This document shows, in pieces, positions 20,057 through 30,273 of a DNA stretch of 64,000 nucleotides. The stretch spans positions 38,088-102,087 of the forward strand of contig CAWARA010000019.1 in NCBI GenBank assembly GCA_963784195.1, given 5' to 3'. The stretch's first letter is position 1; each line of letters starts with the position of its first letter. The position numbers and the translations under genes were made by a program. This DNA is from an uncultured Acidobacteriota bacterium (GTDB lineage: Bacteria; Acidobacteriota; Vicinamibacteria; Vicinamibacterales; 2-12-FULL-66-21). The notes under the pieces were generated by a model. It worked only from the letters and a program-made list of their open reading frames with translations, had not been told where the DNA came from and searched no databases.

Positions 20057-20600
20057 ATGCGCATAATCGCCGGTTCACTTGAAAGGCCGTCGTCTTGAGG
20101 CCCCCGAGTGGGAGGGCCTGCGACCGACATCCGATCGGCTGCGCGAGACGCTTTTCAACGTGCTGGCACCTGTCATCGAAGGGGCGCGCGTGATCGACGG
20201 CTATGCGGGGACGGGGGCGGTCGGCATCGAGGCGTTGAGCCGCGGGGCTGCGCACGTGACGTTCATCGAGCAGGACATGCGCGCCGTGCGGCTGATCGAG
20301 ACGAACCTGGCGCGCTGCGGTGTGAGGGAGCGCTATGCTATTATCCGCGCGGGGTTTGCGGGCGCAGCGCAACGGCTGGCGGGGGAGCAGGCGAACGTCA
20401 TCTTTCTCGACCCGCCGTACGGCCCAGCCGCGCTCGGTGAGGCGCTCGACAGCGCGTCGGCGCTGGCCTCGCCGGCCACCATCGTCGTTATCGAACATGC
20501 CAGGCGCGATGCGGCACCGGACTCGGCCGGCGCGCTGGTTCGCACGCGGGAACTGACGTCAGGCGACAGCGCGCTCGCGTTCTACCGGTGTCGGGCTTAG
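20057..20600 (+). CDS. rsmD: 16S rRNA m2G966 methyltransferase (frameshift near 20078)
   Basis: MRIIAGS/LKGRRL, RPTSDRLRETLFN, DGYAGTGAVGIEALSRGA, FLDPPY. Confidence 0.93.
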
Positions 20601-20687
20601 GCGCGCACGGCGCGCCTCGCCGTAGCCTTGGCGGAGGCGGGACCGAGCCGGGGTGTGGGGCGGAGCCCCACGTTAGCAAGGAGCCGC

Positions 20688-21191
20688 ATGAGCGACAAGA
20701 TCGCGATCTATCCCGGCTCGTTCGATCCGTTGACGAATGGACACGTGGACATCATCCAGCGTGGCTCGCGGTTCTTCGACCGCATCATCATCGCGGTGCT
20801 GATCAACCTCGAAAAAGCGCCGCTTTTTACCGTGCCGGAGCGTGTGGCGATCGCGCGGGAAGTGTTTCGCGACTGGTCCAATGTCGAGGTGGACACCTTC
20901 GATGGACTGCTCGTCGACTATGCTCGGAGCCGGAAGGCCAGCGTCATCGTGCGCGGGCTGCGTGCCGTTTCGGACTTCGAGTTCGAGATGCAGATGGCGC
21001 TGATGAACCGGCGGCTGGCGCCGGACGTGGAAACGGTGTTCATGATGCCGGCCGAGCCGTACACTTACGTGAGCTCGCGGCTGGTGAAAGAAGTCGTGGC
21101 GCTCGGCGGATCCGTGAACGGGCTGGTGCCCGAGATCGTGGAACGCCGGCTGCGTGAGAAAAAACTGGCGCGAGAAACCCTGAAGGCCTGA
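20688..21191 (+). CDS. coaD: Phosphopantetheine adenylyltransferase
   Basis: AIYPGSFDPLTNGH, RGLRAVSDFEFE, VSSRLVKE; SD AAGGAG before ATG 20688. Confidence 0.97.
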   Translation: MSDKIAIYPGSFDPLTNGHVDIIQRGSRFFDRIIIAVLINLEKAPLFTVPERVAIAREVFRDWSNVEVDTFDGLLVDYARSRKASVIVRGLRAVSDFEFEMQMALMNRRLAPDVETVFMMPAEPYTYVSSRLVKEVVALGGSVNGLVPEIVERRLREKKLARETLKA

Positions 21192-21192
21192 C

Positions 21193-22434
21193 ATGCTCTC
21201 TCCCCGTGCAACCCGGATTGCCGTGTCCCCGACCATGAAGGTGGCCGCGGACGCAATGAAACTCAAAGCGGAAGGCGTCGACGTCGTCGATCTGGGGGCC
21301 GGCGAGCCCGATTTCCCGACGCCGGACCACGTCTCGGCCGCTGCACACGCCGCCATCGACGCCCACTTCACCAAGTACACGACGAACTCGGGCACCGACG
21401 AGCTGAAGCGCGCCATCGTCGCGCGCTATCGCGAGGACTGTGGCATCGAGTACACGACGGCCGAGACGATCGTCACCGCCGGCGGCAAACAGGCGCTGTT
21501 CAACTCGGTGATGGTGCTCTTCGGATCCGGCGACGAAGTGATCACGCACATGCCCGGCTGGCCGACGCTCGTCGAGCAGATCAAGCTCGCCGATGCGACG
21601 CCGGTCATCGTACGCACGCACGCCGAGGACGGCTTCCGCCTTCGCGCCGACACGATCCTCGGCGCCGTGACCGCCCGCACGCGCGGCATCATCATCAACT
21701 CGCCCAGCAACCCGACCGGCGCGCTAATCAGCGAGGCGGATCTCGAGCAGGTCGCCAAAGAGGCTGCCCGCCGCGGGATCTGGGTCCTGCTCGATCTCTG
21801 CTACGAGAAACTGATCTACGACCCGACGCCTCACAACCTGCCCGGTGTCCTGGCCCGGACGATGAAGGATCGCACCGTGCTGTGCGGATCGGCTTCGAAG
21901 GCCTACGCGATGACCGGCTGGCGCTGTGGCTGGGCGCTGGCACCGGCAGCCGTCGTGAGCGCGTGCAACGCGATTCAGAGCCACTCGACGTCGAACGTTT
22001 CGTCGATCACCCAGAAGGCAGCGGTCGCGGCGCTGAACGGGCCGCAGTCGTGCGTGACAGACATGCTGAACGAATACCGCCGCCGGCGCGATCAGCTGAC
22101 CACGTGGCTCGCCGAGGAACCGCGGCTGCGGCTCGTCAAACCGGCCGGAGCGTTCTACCTGTTTCCGGACGTGTCGGACTTTCTCTCGCCCGACGGGGTG
22201 CGCACGTCATCCGACCTCGCGGCCGGCTTGCTCAAGGATATGCGCGTGGCGATCACGCCTGGTGAAGCGTTCGACTCGCCAGGCTTCATCCGGATCTCGT
22301 ACGCCGCGTCGATGGAAGACTTGAAGCGCGGCGCCGAGCGAATCATCCAATACGTGCGAAGCATGGATCCGACCCCTGTAGGCCCGACCTTTAGGTCGGG
22401 CGTGCCGGATATAACCCCAGGCGTGCCGGAATAA
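21193..22434 (+). CDS. PLP-dependent class I/II aminotransferase (AspC-like)
   Basis: GEPDF, NSPSNPTG, SKAYAMTGWR, GAFYLF; C-terminal tail encoded by a REP. Confidence 0.93.
   Translation: MLSPRATRIAVSPTMKVAADAMKLKAEGVDVVDLGAGEPDFPTPDHVSAAAHAAIDAHFTKYTTNSGTDELKRAIVARYREDCGIEYTTAETIVTAGGKQALFNSVMVLFGSGDEVITHMPGWPTLVEQIKLADATPVIVRTHAEDGFRLRADTILGAVTARTRGIIINSPSNPTGALISEADLEQVAKEAARRGIWVLLDLCYEKLIYDPTPHNLPGVLARTMKDRTVLCGSASKAYAMTGWRCGWALAPAAVVSACNAIQSHSTSNVSSITQKAAVAALNGPQSCVTDMLNEYRRRRDQLTTWLAEEPRLRLVKPAGAFYLFPDVSDFLSPDGVRTSSDLAAGLLKDMRVAITPGEAFDSPGFIRISYAASMEDLKRGAERIIQYVRSMDPTPVGPTFRSGVPDITPGVPE
22378..22401 (+). repeat. GTAG REP-like palindrome (family A) inside the aminotransferase 3' end
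   Basis: GTAGGCCCGACCTTTAGGTCGGGC, translated as VGPTFRSG. Confidence 0.85.
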
Positions 22435-22442
22435 CCCCGAAT

Positions 22443-23828
22443 GTGATTACACCCGGTTTCCCGCAATCCCTTGCCACCGTCGTCGGAGCGGATCATGTCC
22501 GTACCGACGACGAATCCCGGATCGCCTACGGGACGGATGCGCTGAAGCGGGGGATGCCGGCCGACGTCGTCGTCTTTCCCGCCAACACCCGCGAAGTCTC
22601 CGAGGTTGCCCGTCTTTGTAACGCCGAACGGATCCCGATTGTTCCGCGCGGGGCGGGAACGGGCTACACGGGCGGTGCCGTGCCGCTGCACGGCGGCGTC
22701 GTGCTCTCGCTCGAGCGCATGAACCGCATCCTCGACATCGACGAGGCCAACCTCGTGGCGGTCGTCGAACCGAACGTGATCACAGGCGATCTTCAGAAAG
22801 CTGTCGAGCGCGTCGGGCTGTTCTATCCACCCGATCCTGCGTCGCTGAATCAATCGGTCATCGGTGGAAACGTCGCGGAATGCGCGGGCGGTCCGCGCGC
22901 GTTCAAGTACGGCACGACGAAGCAATACGTCCTGGGACTGGAAGCGGTGCTGCCAACCGGCGAGGTGATCGAGACGGGCGGCAAAGTCGTCAAGAACGTC
23001 GTCGGCTACGACCTGACCCACCTGCTCGTCGGCTCCGAAGGCACCCTGGCGATCATCACGAAGATCATCCTGCGGCTCATTCCGAAGCCGCCCGTGCAGG
23101 CGACGCTCCGCGCGTCGTTCGAGGGAGTCGACGCCGCCGTCGCGGCCGTGTCGGCCATCATCAAGGCGCGGGTCGTACCGGCCGCCCTCGAGCTGATCGA
23201 TCGCGAGTCACTCGATGCCGTCGCGCGCAACCTCAACGTCCGCTCTCTCGCACCCGAAGGCACCGGAGCCATCCTGCTGATCGAGGTGGACGGCGTCCCT
23301 TCCGCCGTCGACGAAGAGGCGATGCGGGTCGAGCGGGCCTGCCGCGAAGCCGGATCGACCGAAGTGCTGCGGGCGCGCGACGAGGCCGAGCGCGCCGAGC
23401 TCTGGCGGGTGCGCCGCGAGATCTCCCTTTCGTTGAAGATGGTCGCGCCGCTCAAGTTCAACCACGATGTCGTCGTTCCCAAGGGCAGGATTCCGGAGCT
23501 CTTCGCGCTCGTCCATCGCATTCGTGAGGAATTCAGGCTGAGGATTCCACTGTTCGGTCATGCCGGAGACGGGAACATTCACGTCAACATCATGGTGGAC
23601 CCGCAGGACGCGGCAGAGGTCGCGCGCGCGCACGATGCCGAGCACGTGCTGTTTGCCGGCGTCGTGGCGCTCGAAGGCTCCATAAGCGGCGAGCATGGGA
23701 TCGGGTTTTCGAAAGCGCCGTTCGTGCCGCTCGAACTGTCGGCTGACGAGATCGCGCTGATGAAACGCGTGAAGCAGGCGTTCGATCCCAACGGGATTCT
23801 CAATCCGGGGAAGATTTTTCCGACGTAA
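22443..23828 (+). CDS. FAD-linked oxidase (GlcD-like)
   Basis: PRGAGTGYTGG, YPPDPAS, GGNVAECAGG, GHAGDGNIH, GEHGIG, DPNGILNPGK. Confidence 0.93.
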   Translation: MITPGFPQSLATVVGADHVRTDDESRIAYGTDALKRGMPADVVVFPANTREVSEVARLCNAERIPIVPRGAGTGYTGGAVPLHGGVVLSLERMNRILDIDEANLVAVVEPNVITGDLQKAVERVGLFYPPDPASLNQSVIGGNVAECAGGPRAFKYGTTKQYVLGLEAVLPTGEVIETGGKVVKNVVGYDLTHLLVGSEGTLAIITKIILRLIPKPPVQATLRASFEGVDAAVAAVSAIIKARVVPAALELIDRESLDAVARNLNVRSLAPEGTGAILLIEVDGVPSAVDEEAMRVERACREAGSTEVLRARDEAERAELWRVRREISLSLKMVAPLKFNHDVVVPKGRIPELFALVHRIREEFRLRIPLFGHAGDGNIHVNIMVDPQDAAEVARAHDAEHVLFAGVVALEGSISGEHGIGFSKAPFVPLELSADEIALMKRVKQAFDPNGILNPGKIFPT

Positions 23829-23897
23829 GAATCACATGTCAATCCGCCGAAATCCGCGCCCTGTCAGCATCCGCGGCCGGGGATGGTATCCTGCTGT

Positions 23898-24650
23898 ATG
23901 CACCGATCTTTGAGAGCGATTCTCATCCTTCCGGCATTCGTGTTCCTGGCGTGCAGTCAGCCCGCCGCGCAGTCGCAGCAGCAGGAAGTTGAGGCGCTAC
24001 GCAAGGAGATCGAGATCCTCAAGCGCGACCTCGCTGAAGTCCGTGAATTCCTCAAGGTCGTGACGAAAGGTCAGTTCGGCGCCGCCAGAATCGAGGACAA
24101 GACCATCGACCTCACCGGCGCGCCAGTCAACGGACAGGCATCCGCGAAGCTGACCCTGGTGGAGATTTCCGATTACCACTGCCCGTTCTGCCGGCGCCAC
24201 TTCCAGCAGACGCAGCCGCAGATCTACTCGGAGTTCGTGAACACCGGCAAGGTCCGTCACGTCTTCATCCACTACCCGATCGATCAGCTGCATCCCGACG
24301 CGTTCAGGTCGCACGAAGCGGCCAGCTGCGCGCAGGACCAGGGCAAGTTCTGGGAGCTGCACACCAAGCTCTTCGAGACGCCGGCCAAGACCACCGATCA
24401 GATTGTCGCGATCGCGCAAACTGCGGGACTCGATTCCACCGCGCTCAAGGCGTGCATGGACAGCGGCAAGTACTCGAAGGCCGTGCGCGAGAGCGTTGCG
24501 AACATGCAGGAGCTCGGCGCCGACAGCACACCGCTGTTTCTCATCGGCCTGACACCCGCGCCCGGCCAACCGATGAAGATCGTACAGGTCATCAAAGGCG
24601 CCTACCCGTTCTCCGAATTCAAAACCCGTCTCGAGGGAATGCTGAAGTAA
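23898..24650 (+). CDS. DsbA-family thioredoxin-fold lipoprotein
   Basis: Lipobox FLAC, SDYHCPFC, TP cis-proline motif. Confidence 0.88.
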   Translation: MHRSLRAILILPAFVFLACSQPAAQSQQQEVEALRKEIEILKRDLAEVREFLKVVTKGQFGAARIEDKTIDLTGAPVNGQASAKLTLVEISDYHCPFCRRHFQQTQPQIYSEFVNTGKVRHVFIHYPIDQLHPDAFRSHEAASCAQDQGKFWELHTKLFETPAKTTDQIVAIAQTAGLDSTALKACMDSGKYSKAVRESVANMQELGADSTPLFLIGLTPAPGQPMKIVQVIKGAYPFSEFKTRLEGMLK

Positions 24651-24676
24651 GCCCGACCTGGCGTGCGGGTGTTCCC

Positions 24677-25801
24677 TTACGACACGACCCGCAACCGTCG
24701 CGACCCGGGTAGAAACGGCATCGACGCGATTTGTCCGGCGAATCCCGATCCCCAGCGGCCCGGGATGGACGTTCCGCAATCCGGGCACGATCCATTGGCG
24801 GTGAGGCGGTACGACCGAATGAGGTAACCGTGGCGCTCGACGAGCAGCGCGCGGCAGGTGGGGCAGCGCGTGTTCTCCCAATCGCCGACGCGGCCGGGAA
24901 GGTTGCCGGCGTAGACGAAGCGCAGGCCATGGCTCCGTCCGATCTCTACGGCGCGCAACAGCATCTCGGGCGTGGTGTTGTCCGGATCGTTCATCCGGTA
25001 GTCCTTGTGGAACGCGGTCACGTGCCACGGGATGTCGGGGGAGACGCTCGCCACGAAGTCGGTCAGCCGATGCAGTTCGTCTTCGGAATCGTTGAAGCCG
25101 GGGATGAGGAGCGTGACGAGCTCGAGCCACACGCCCATCGCGTGCAGCGTGCGGATGGTGAAGAGAATCGGCTCCAGGCGGCCGCCGAGCTGACGGTAAT
25201 GACGATCGTCGAAGCTCTTGAGGTCGACCTTGTAGAGGTCCACCCACGGGCGGATGTAGTCGAGCACGCGTGGTGTGCCGTTGCCGTTCGAGACGTAGGC
25301 CGTCATCAGGCCCCGCGCGCGCGCCTGCTTGAAGACCGCGACAGCCCACTCGCTGGTGATCAGCGGCTCGTTGTAGGTGCTGACGACGACGCGGGCCCCG
25401 AGCCGGACGGCTTCGTCGGCAAGCTGTGACGGCGTGACGTCGAGCGGCGCGGAGACGGCATCAGGATCGCGAAGGGCTTGAGACGTGACCCAGTTCTGAC
25501 AGTAGGAACAATGCAGGTCGCATCCGAGCATGCCGAAGCTGAACGCGAGCGCGCCCGGATGGGCGTGGAAGAACGGTTTCTTTTCGATTGGATCGCACTG
25601 GACGCCGCCGACGTACCCGAACGGCACCTGAAGCACGCCGCCGCGATTGAACCGGACCTTGCAGACGCCGAGCGCGCCATCCGGGATGGGGCAGGCGTGG
25701 CCACACGCATGGCAACGCAAACGGCCGTTGGATATGGCTTCGACGAGTTCGGGAGCGGCCTCGACCGTTCTCGCCTCGAGCACCTCGGCGAGGGTAGCCA
25801 T
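24677..25801 (-). CDS. amrS: AmmeMemoRadiSam system radical SAM enzyme
   Basis: DPIEKKPFFH, GCDLHCSYCQNW, TYNEP, PWHVTAFH, YAGNLPG..NTRCPTC. Confidence 0.92.
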   Translation of the reverse strand: MATLAEVLEARTVEAAPELVEAISNGRLRCHACGHACPIPDGALGVCKVRFNRGGVLQVPFGYVGGVQCDPIEKKPFFHAHPGALAFSFGMLGCDLHCSYCQNWVTSQALRDPDAVSAPLDVTPSQLADEAVRLGARVVVSTYNEPLITSEWAVAVFKQARARGLMTAYVSNGNGTPRVLDYIRPWVDLYKVDLKSFDDRHYRQLGGRLEPILFTIRTLHAMGVWLELVTLLIPGFNDSEDELHRLTDFVASVSPDIPWHVTAFHKDYRMNDPDNTTPEMLLRAVEIGRSHGLRFVYAGNLPGRVGDWENTRCPTCRALLVERHGYLIRSYRLTANGSCPDCGTSIPGRWGSGFAGQIASMPFLPGSRRLRVVS

Positions 25802-25810
25802 AGATAGATT

Positions 25811-26026
25811 GTGCCACGTGCGACGTGCGACGTGCTGCTTGTCACGTGCAACGGGCAACGGGGTAGCTACGGGGTCACGCCCGAGGCGCGAGGCGCCGTA
25901 CGGCGTGCAGACGCAGGGGAGTGGGAGTCGTGCTCAACCGCAGGCACGTCGCACGTCAGCACGTCAGCACGTCAGCACGTCGCACGTCCGCGACGTCCGC
26001 ACGTCCGCGCACGTCGTCCACGTCGC
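25811..26026. repeat. Inverted 7/8-mer tandem repeats (GACGTGC / GCACGTC)
   Basis: CACGTGCGACGTGCGACGTGC near 25815 and GCACGTCGCACGTCAGCACGTCAGCACGTC... at 25944-26026. Confidence 0.85.
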
Positions 26027-26039
26027 AGTAGAATCCCCC

Positions 26040-26411
26040 ATGGCCAGGACCGTTGCCGTCATCGGCGCGTCGAGCAATCGCAGCAAGTACGGCAACAAGG
26101 CCCTGCGGGCCTTCGAGCATCAGGGATATCGCGTAATCCCCATCAACCCGCACGAGCGTGAGGTCGAGGGTCACAAAGCCTATGCATCGGTCCTTGACGT
26201 GCCGGACCCGATCGACCTGGCCACCGTTTACGTGCCGGCCGACGTGGGCCTGAAGGTGGTCGACGAGCTGGCGAAACGGGGAATCGCGGAGGTCTGGCTC
26301 AATCCTGGCGCCGACGAACCCGAGGTGGTCGCGCGCGCGCGGGAGCTTGGGCTGAAGACGATTCAGGCCTGCAGCATCATCGCCATAGGGGAAAGCCCTG
26401 GGAGATATTGA
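26040..26411 (+). CDS. CoA-binding protein (YccU-like)
   Basis: VAVIGASSNRSKYG, VIPINP, VWLNPG; ATG 26040, 5 nt after TAGAAT. Confidence 0.9.
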   Translation: MARTVAVIGASSNRSKYGNKALRAFEHQGYRVIPINPHEREVEGHKAYASVLDVPDPIDLATVYVPADVGLKVVDELAKRGIAEVWLNPGADEPEVVARARELGLKTIQACSIIAIGESPGRY

Positions 26412-26412
26412 A

Positions 26413-26533
26413 TCGGGGCTCGGGGCTCGGGGCTCGGGCACGAATCCCGCGTCTGCCTCCCGGACCGAATCCTTGAGCCGCAAACAGGCGCCCGAGCACT
26501 CGAACACGAGCACCGAGCACCGAGCCCGGGCCC
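26413..26533. repeat. Inverted heptamer tandem repeats (TCGGGGC / CCGAGCA)
   Basis: TCGGGGCTCGGGGCTCGGGGCTCGGG, then CCGAGCAC..GAGCACCGAGCACCGAGCCCG. Confidence 0.8.
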
Positions 26534-26541
26534 GACACAAG

Positions 26542-26571
26542 TTGACAGTGCCCCCGGAGACTCCCTATACT
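26542..26571 (+). promoter_or_regulatory. Sigma70-type promoter of rho
   Basis: TTGACA - 18 bp - TATACT. Confidence 0.7.
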
Positions 26572-26714
26572 GCTACCGCATTTCAACGACTCCTCAAAAG
26601 CTATTTTCGGGCGCTCCAGCTTCGCCCGTTCCTCAAGCAGCCGAACGTCATCGAACAGTCTCGACACCGGTAACGCAACACGCCTAACGCTATCGACAAC
26701 GCCAGCAGTCTCTC

Positions 26715-28365
26715 ATGCCACAGAACACCAAGCGCACCCCAGGGCGCGCTTCCGCCGATCCGGCGGCAGCGCCCGCGAACTCTTCTGCCGAAGCCGTCGC
26801 CCAGGCGCCAGAGCGCGAAGCGGCTCCTCCAGCCGCCGAGGCCCCGGTGAAGCCGGACGCCGCGCCGCGCCAGGACGGCAACCAGCGCCCGGACGGCAAC
26901 CAGCGCGTCCGAAGGTAACCAGCGGTCCGAGGGTAACCAGCGGCCCGAAGGCAACCAGCGGCCCGAAGGCAACCAGCGGCCCGAAGGCAACCAGCGGCCG
27001 GAGGGTAACCAGCGGCCTGAAGGTGGCCCGCGGCCCGAAGGAGGGCAGCGGCCTGAGGGAGGGCAACGTCAGGAGGGCGGCCAGCGTCAGGACGGCCGTC
27101 GCGGTCAGGGCCTCAACATCACCGAGCTGAAGGACAAGAGCATTCAACAGCTCACGCAGATCGCGAAGGACCTCAACGTCGCCGGCGCGACCGGCATGCG
27201 CAAGCAGGAGCTGATTTTCCAGATCCTGAAGGCGCAGACCGAGCAGAGCGGTTTCATCTTCTCGGAGGGCGTGCTCGAGGTCCTGCCCGATGGGTTCGGG
27301 TTCCTCCGCGCGCCGGACTACAACTATCTGCCCGGCCCGGACGACATCTACGTCTCGCCGTCACAGATCCGCAAGTTCGACCTTCAGACGGGCGACACCG
27401 TCTCGGGACAGATTCGCCCGCCGAAGGAAGGGGAGCGTTACTTCGCGCTGATCAAGGTCGAGGCGGTCAACTTCGAGGCGCCCGAGCAGGCACGCGACAA
27501 GCTGTTCTTCGAGAACCTGACGCCGCTCTATCCGCAGGAGCGCTTCACGCTCGAGACGATTCCGGACAACCTCTCCGGCCGCGTCATGGATCTGATGACG
27601 CCCATCGGCCGCGGCCAGCGCGGCCTCATCGTCGCACCCCCGCGCACCGGCAAGACGATGTTGCTGCAGAGCATTGCGCAGTCGGTGGCCCGGAATCACC
27701 CGGAGGTGTTCCTGATCGTGCTGCTGATCGACGAGCGGCCGGAAGAAGTCACCGACATGCAGCGGTCGGTGCAGGGCGAGGTCATCTCCTCGACCTTCGA
27801 CGAGCCGGCCCAGCGTCACGTGCAGGTCGCCGAGATGGTCATCGAGAAGGCCAAGCGTCTCGTCGAGCACCGCAAGGACGTGCTGATCCTGCTCGATTCG
27901 ATCACGCGCCTCGCGCGTGCGTATAACTCGGTCATCCCGCCGTCGGGCAAGGTGCTCTCAGGCGGTCTCGACTCGAACGCGCTGCAGAAGCCGAAGCGCT
28001 TCTTCGGCGCCGCCCGCAACATCGAAGAGGGTGGCTCGCTGACGATCATCGCCACCGCGCTCATCGACACCGGCTCGCGCATGGACGATGTGATCTTCGA
28101 GGAGTTCAAGGGCACGGGCAACATGGAGATCCATCTCGACCGGAAGCTCACCGACAAGCGCGTCTTCCCGTCGATCGACATGCAGAAGAGCGGCACGCGG
28201 AAGGAAGAGCTGCTGCTCGCGCGCGAGGATCTGAACCGCGTGTGGGTGCTGCGCAAGGTCCTGAACCCGCTGTCGGCGGTCGAGGCGATGGAGCTGCTGC
28301 TCGACAAGATGGGGAAGACGAAGTCGAACGGCGACTTCCTCGCGTCGATGCAGAAGATGGGGTAG
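26715..28365 (+). CDS. rho: Transcription termination factor Rho with a repetitive N-terminal extension (frameshift near 26908)
   Basis: [62 protein letters not shown]; the frame is open upstream to 26911 and joins ORF 26715 after one extra base. Confidence 0.95.
26874..27090 (+). repeat. Twelve 18-bp coding tandem repeats (E/D-G-N/G-Q-R-P)
   Basis: GAAGGCAACCAGCGGCCC-like units at 18-bp period; unit 2 is 19 bp. Confidence 0.92.
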
Positions 28366-28367
28366 TG

Positions 28368-28390
28368 GTCCGGCTGAAGCCGGACCCTAC
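28368..28390 (-). repeat. GTAG REP-like palindrome (family B)
   Basis: GTCCGGCTGAAGCCGGACCCTAC between convergent genes; similar copies at 30231, 42321, 60015. Confidence 0.85.
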
Positions 28391-30126
28391 GGAAGCTTCG
28401 TCACGCGCAGATCGAGCGTCAGCCGATCGTTCTCCACGAGCGTGATGCGCTGTCCGTGCTTCGCCAGGCGCTCATAGGAGTCACTGTCGAGCGGCCCGCG
28501 TATCGTGTCGTCGGCCCCAATCGCCACGATCAAATATTCGCCCGGCCGAATCAACTGCGTTTGATAGCTGCCGTCCGGCTTCGGCAGTGCGCCGCCAATG
28601 CCAAACGTTGTGGACCGCTTCCACTTCGCGGGATCTGCCGGCATCACAACAACCCTGGCGTCGAATGACGGTTGTCCCTGTTCATCGGTCACGCGTCCGC
28701 TCACACGCGCTCCCCGGTTGGTCAGCACGATTTCCAGCGTGTCGGCTGCGCGGCTGCCTGCGAAGTCAGTTGGCGTGTCCGTGATGTCCTGCCCTTTGAA
28801 TCTGACAGCCTTGACCACCCAGTCACGCGGCGGGAACAAGTTGATCACCTGCGGTCCGAAGAGACCTGCCAGCTCGAAGGTCAGGTCGCTCTTGACCTCC
28901 GCGTTCGGGGGCCCCCCAACGGACATGTACATGCGGTTGGACGTGTCCGGCATCGCCGAGACCCGCATCGTCGATGGGGGGCGATTCCCGGCCTCGTCTT
29001 CGAAGACCACGCGCCCAGACACGGTGGGCAGTTTACTTGTGGTAACCAGCAGCCCCTCGACGTCTGAACTCTCGACGCGGAAGGGAACATAACCAAACTC
29101 TCGTTCCCGTTTGTCGTCCGGATTGAATCGCGAGCCAATCTCCGCTCTGATGGCGTACTCGCCCGGCGTCACGCCACGCGCGACAAACTGCCCGCCGCCG
29201 CGCATCTCGATGCCCGTTGACGCGCTGCCACTCTGGTCCATCCTCACGATGTTGATGTTCGCGCGTTCGAGCGGAGCACCGGCGGCGTCCACGCGCCATC
29301 CCGGACACGGTGAACGCGCGGCTGCGCTGAAGGCGGATCTCGATGCCGCCTACGTCGCCCCCCGGACACGGTGACGACCGCCGCATCCGCATCAATGACA
29401 GCCGCCGGATGACACGTTTGAATCGCCCGGTCTTTCAGATCAGGATATGCTGGTCCGCCGAAGTTCCGCGGAATCGCACAGATGTTGTATCGGCCCGGCG
29501 CGATCCCATACACCCTGAACAGCCCGCGGTCGTCGGTCATCGCCGAATACGGGCCTGACATGCCCGCGCGCTGGCCGTTCTCCGGATTTTTTGCGAACAC
29601 CTCAACGCCGGCCATCGGTTCGCCGAATTCATCGACGACTCGACCTTCGACGGCGGCCGTGCGCCAAAGGGCGATGTTGACGTTCTCCCGAACCTCTCCG
29701 TCCGCGAGGGTCAGCGGCCTGGGACGCCGCATTCTCGAGAAATCGGGTGGGCGGTCGTCCCCAAAACCCTGATTCAGGTGCGTTGCGCGGAATTCACCGG
29801 GCGGGCCGTGACCGTGTACTCGCCGGCTGGCAGATTCTTCAGTTCGTACTGACCGTCGGCCGTCGTGATCACTGACAGCGCCCGACCTTGCGTCTGCTGC
29901 ATCAGAACAGCGGACGTAACCATTACAATCGCCCGCGCAATCGGTTGACCGCTCTCCTGATCGGTGACCTTCCCGCGAATGATCCCGGTGCCGGTTCGCG
30001 GCGCCGCGTCACGTGCCGCGTCGCGCGGCATGACGGCGCCTGGCGTGGCGGGGGAGGAGGCGGGGGCGGGGGTACAGGAACTTGAAGCGCCGCGAGCAAG
30101 ACCAGGGGAAGAACCAAGCTGCCCAT
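28387..30126 (-). CDS. Carboxypeptidase-regulatory-like (Cna-B type) repeat protein, several frameshifts
   Basis: Signal peptide and poly-Pro from ATG 30126; repeated GxIxGRVxD..G.P / TDxxGxF / PGxY domains across ORFs 29774, 29244 and 28387. Confidence 0.8.
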
Positions 30127-30196
30127 GCGAAACCTCGCTGAGCATGATTCTACTTCGGGAGTTCGGTGTTTTTTGCGGTGTGCGGTATGCGCGCAC

Positions 30197-30253
30197 GTAG
30201 GGTCAGGCTGGAGGACGGAGAACACGGAGGGTCCGGCTGAAGCCGGACGCTAC
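30197..30253. repeat. REP family B with a degenerate inverted partner
   Basis: GTAGGGTCAGGCTG (30197) ... GTCCGGCTGAAGCCGGACGCTAC (30231-30253). Confidence 0.7.
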
Positions 30254-30273
30254 GAGCGACGAGTACGGGACGA

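Noticed and set aside
26874-27090. 18-bp repeats as a CRISPR array
   Set aside because: The units are contiguous with no unique spacers, are in frame with rho, and no cas genes are present.
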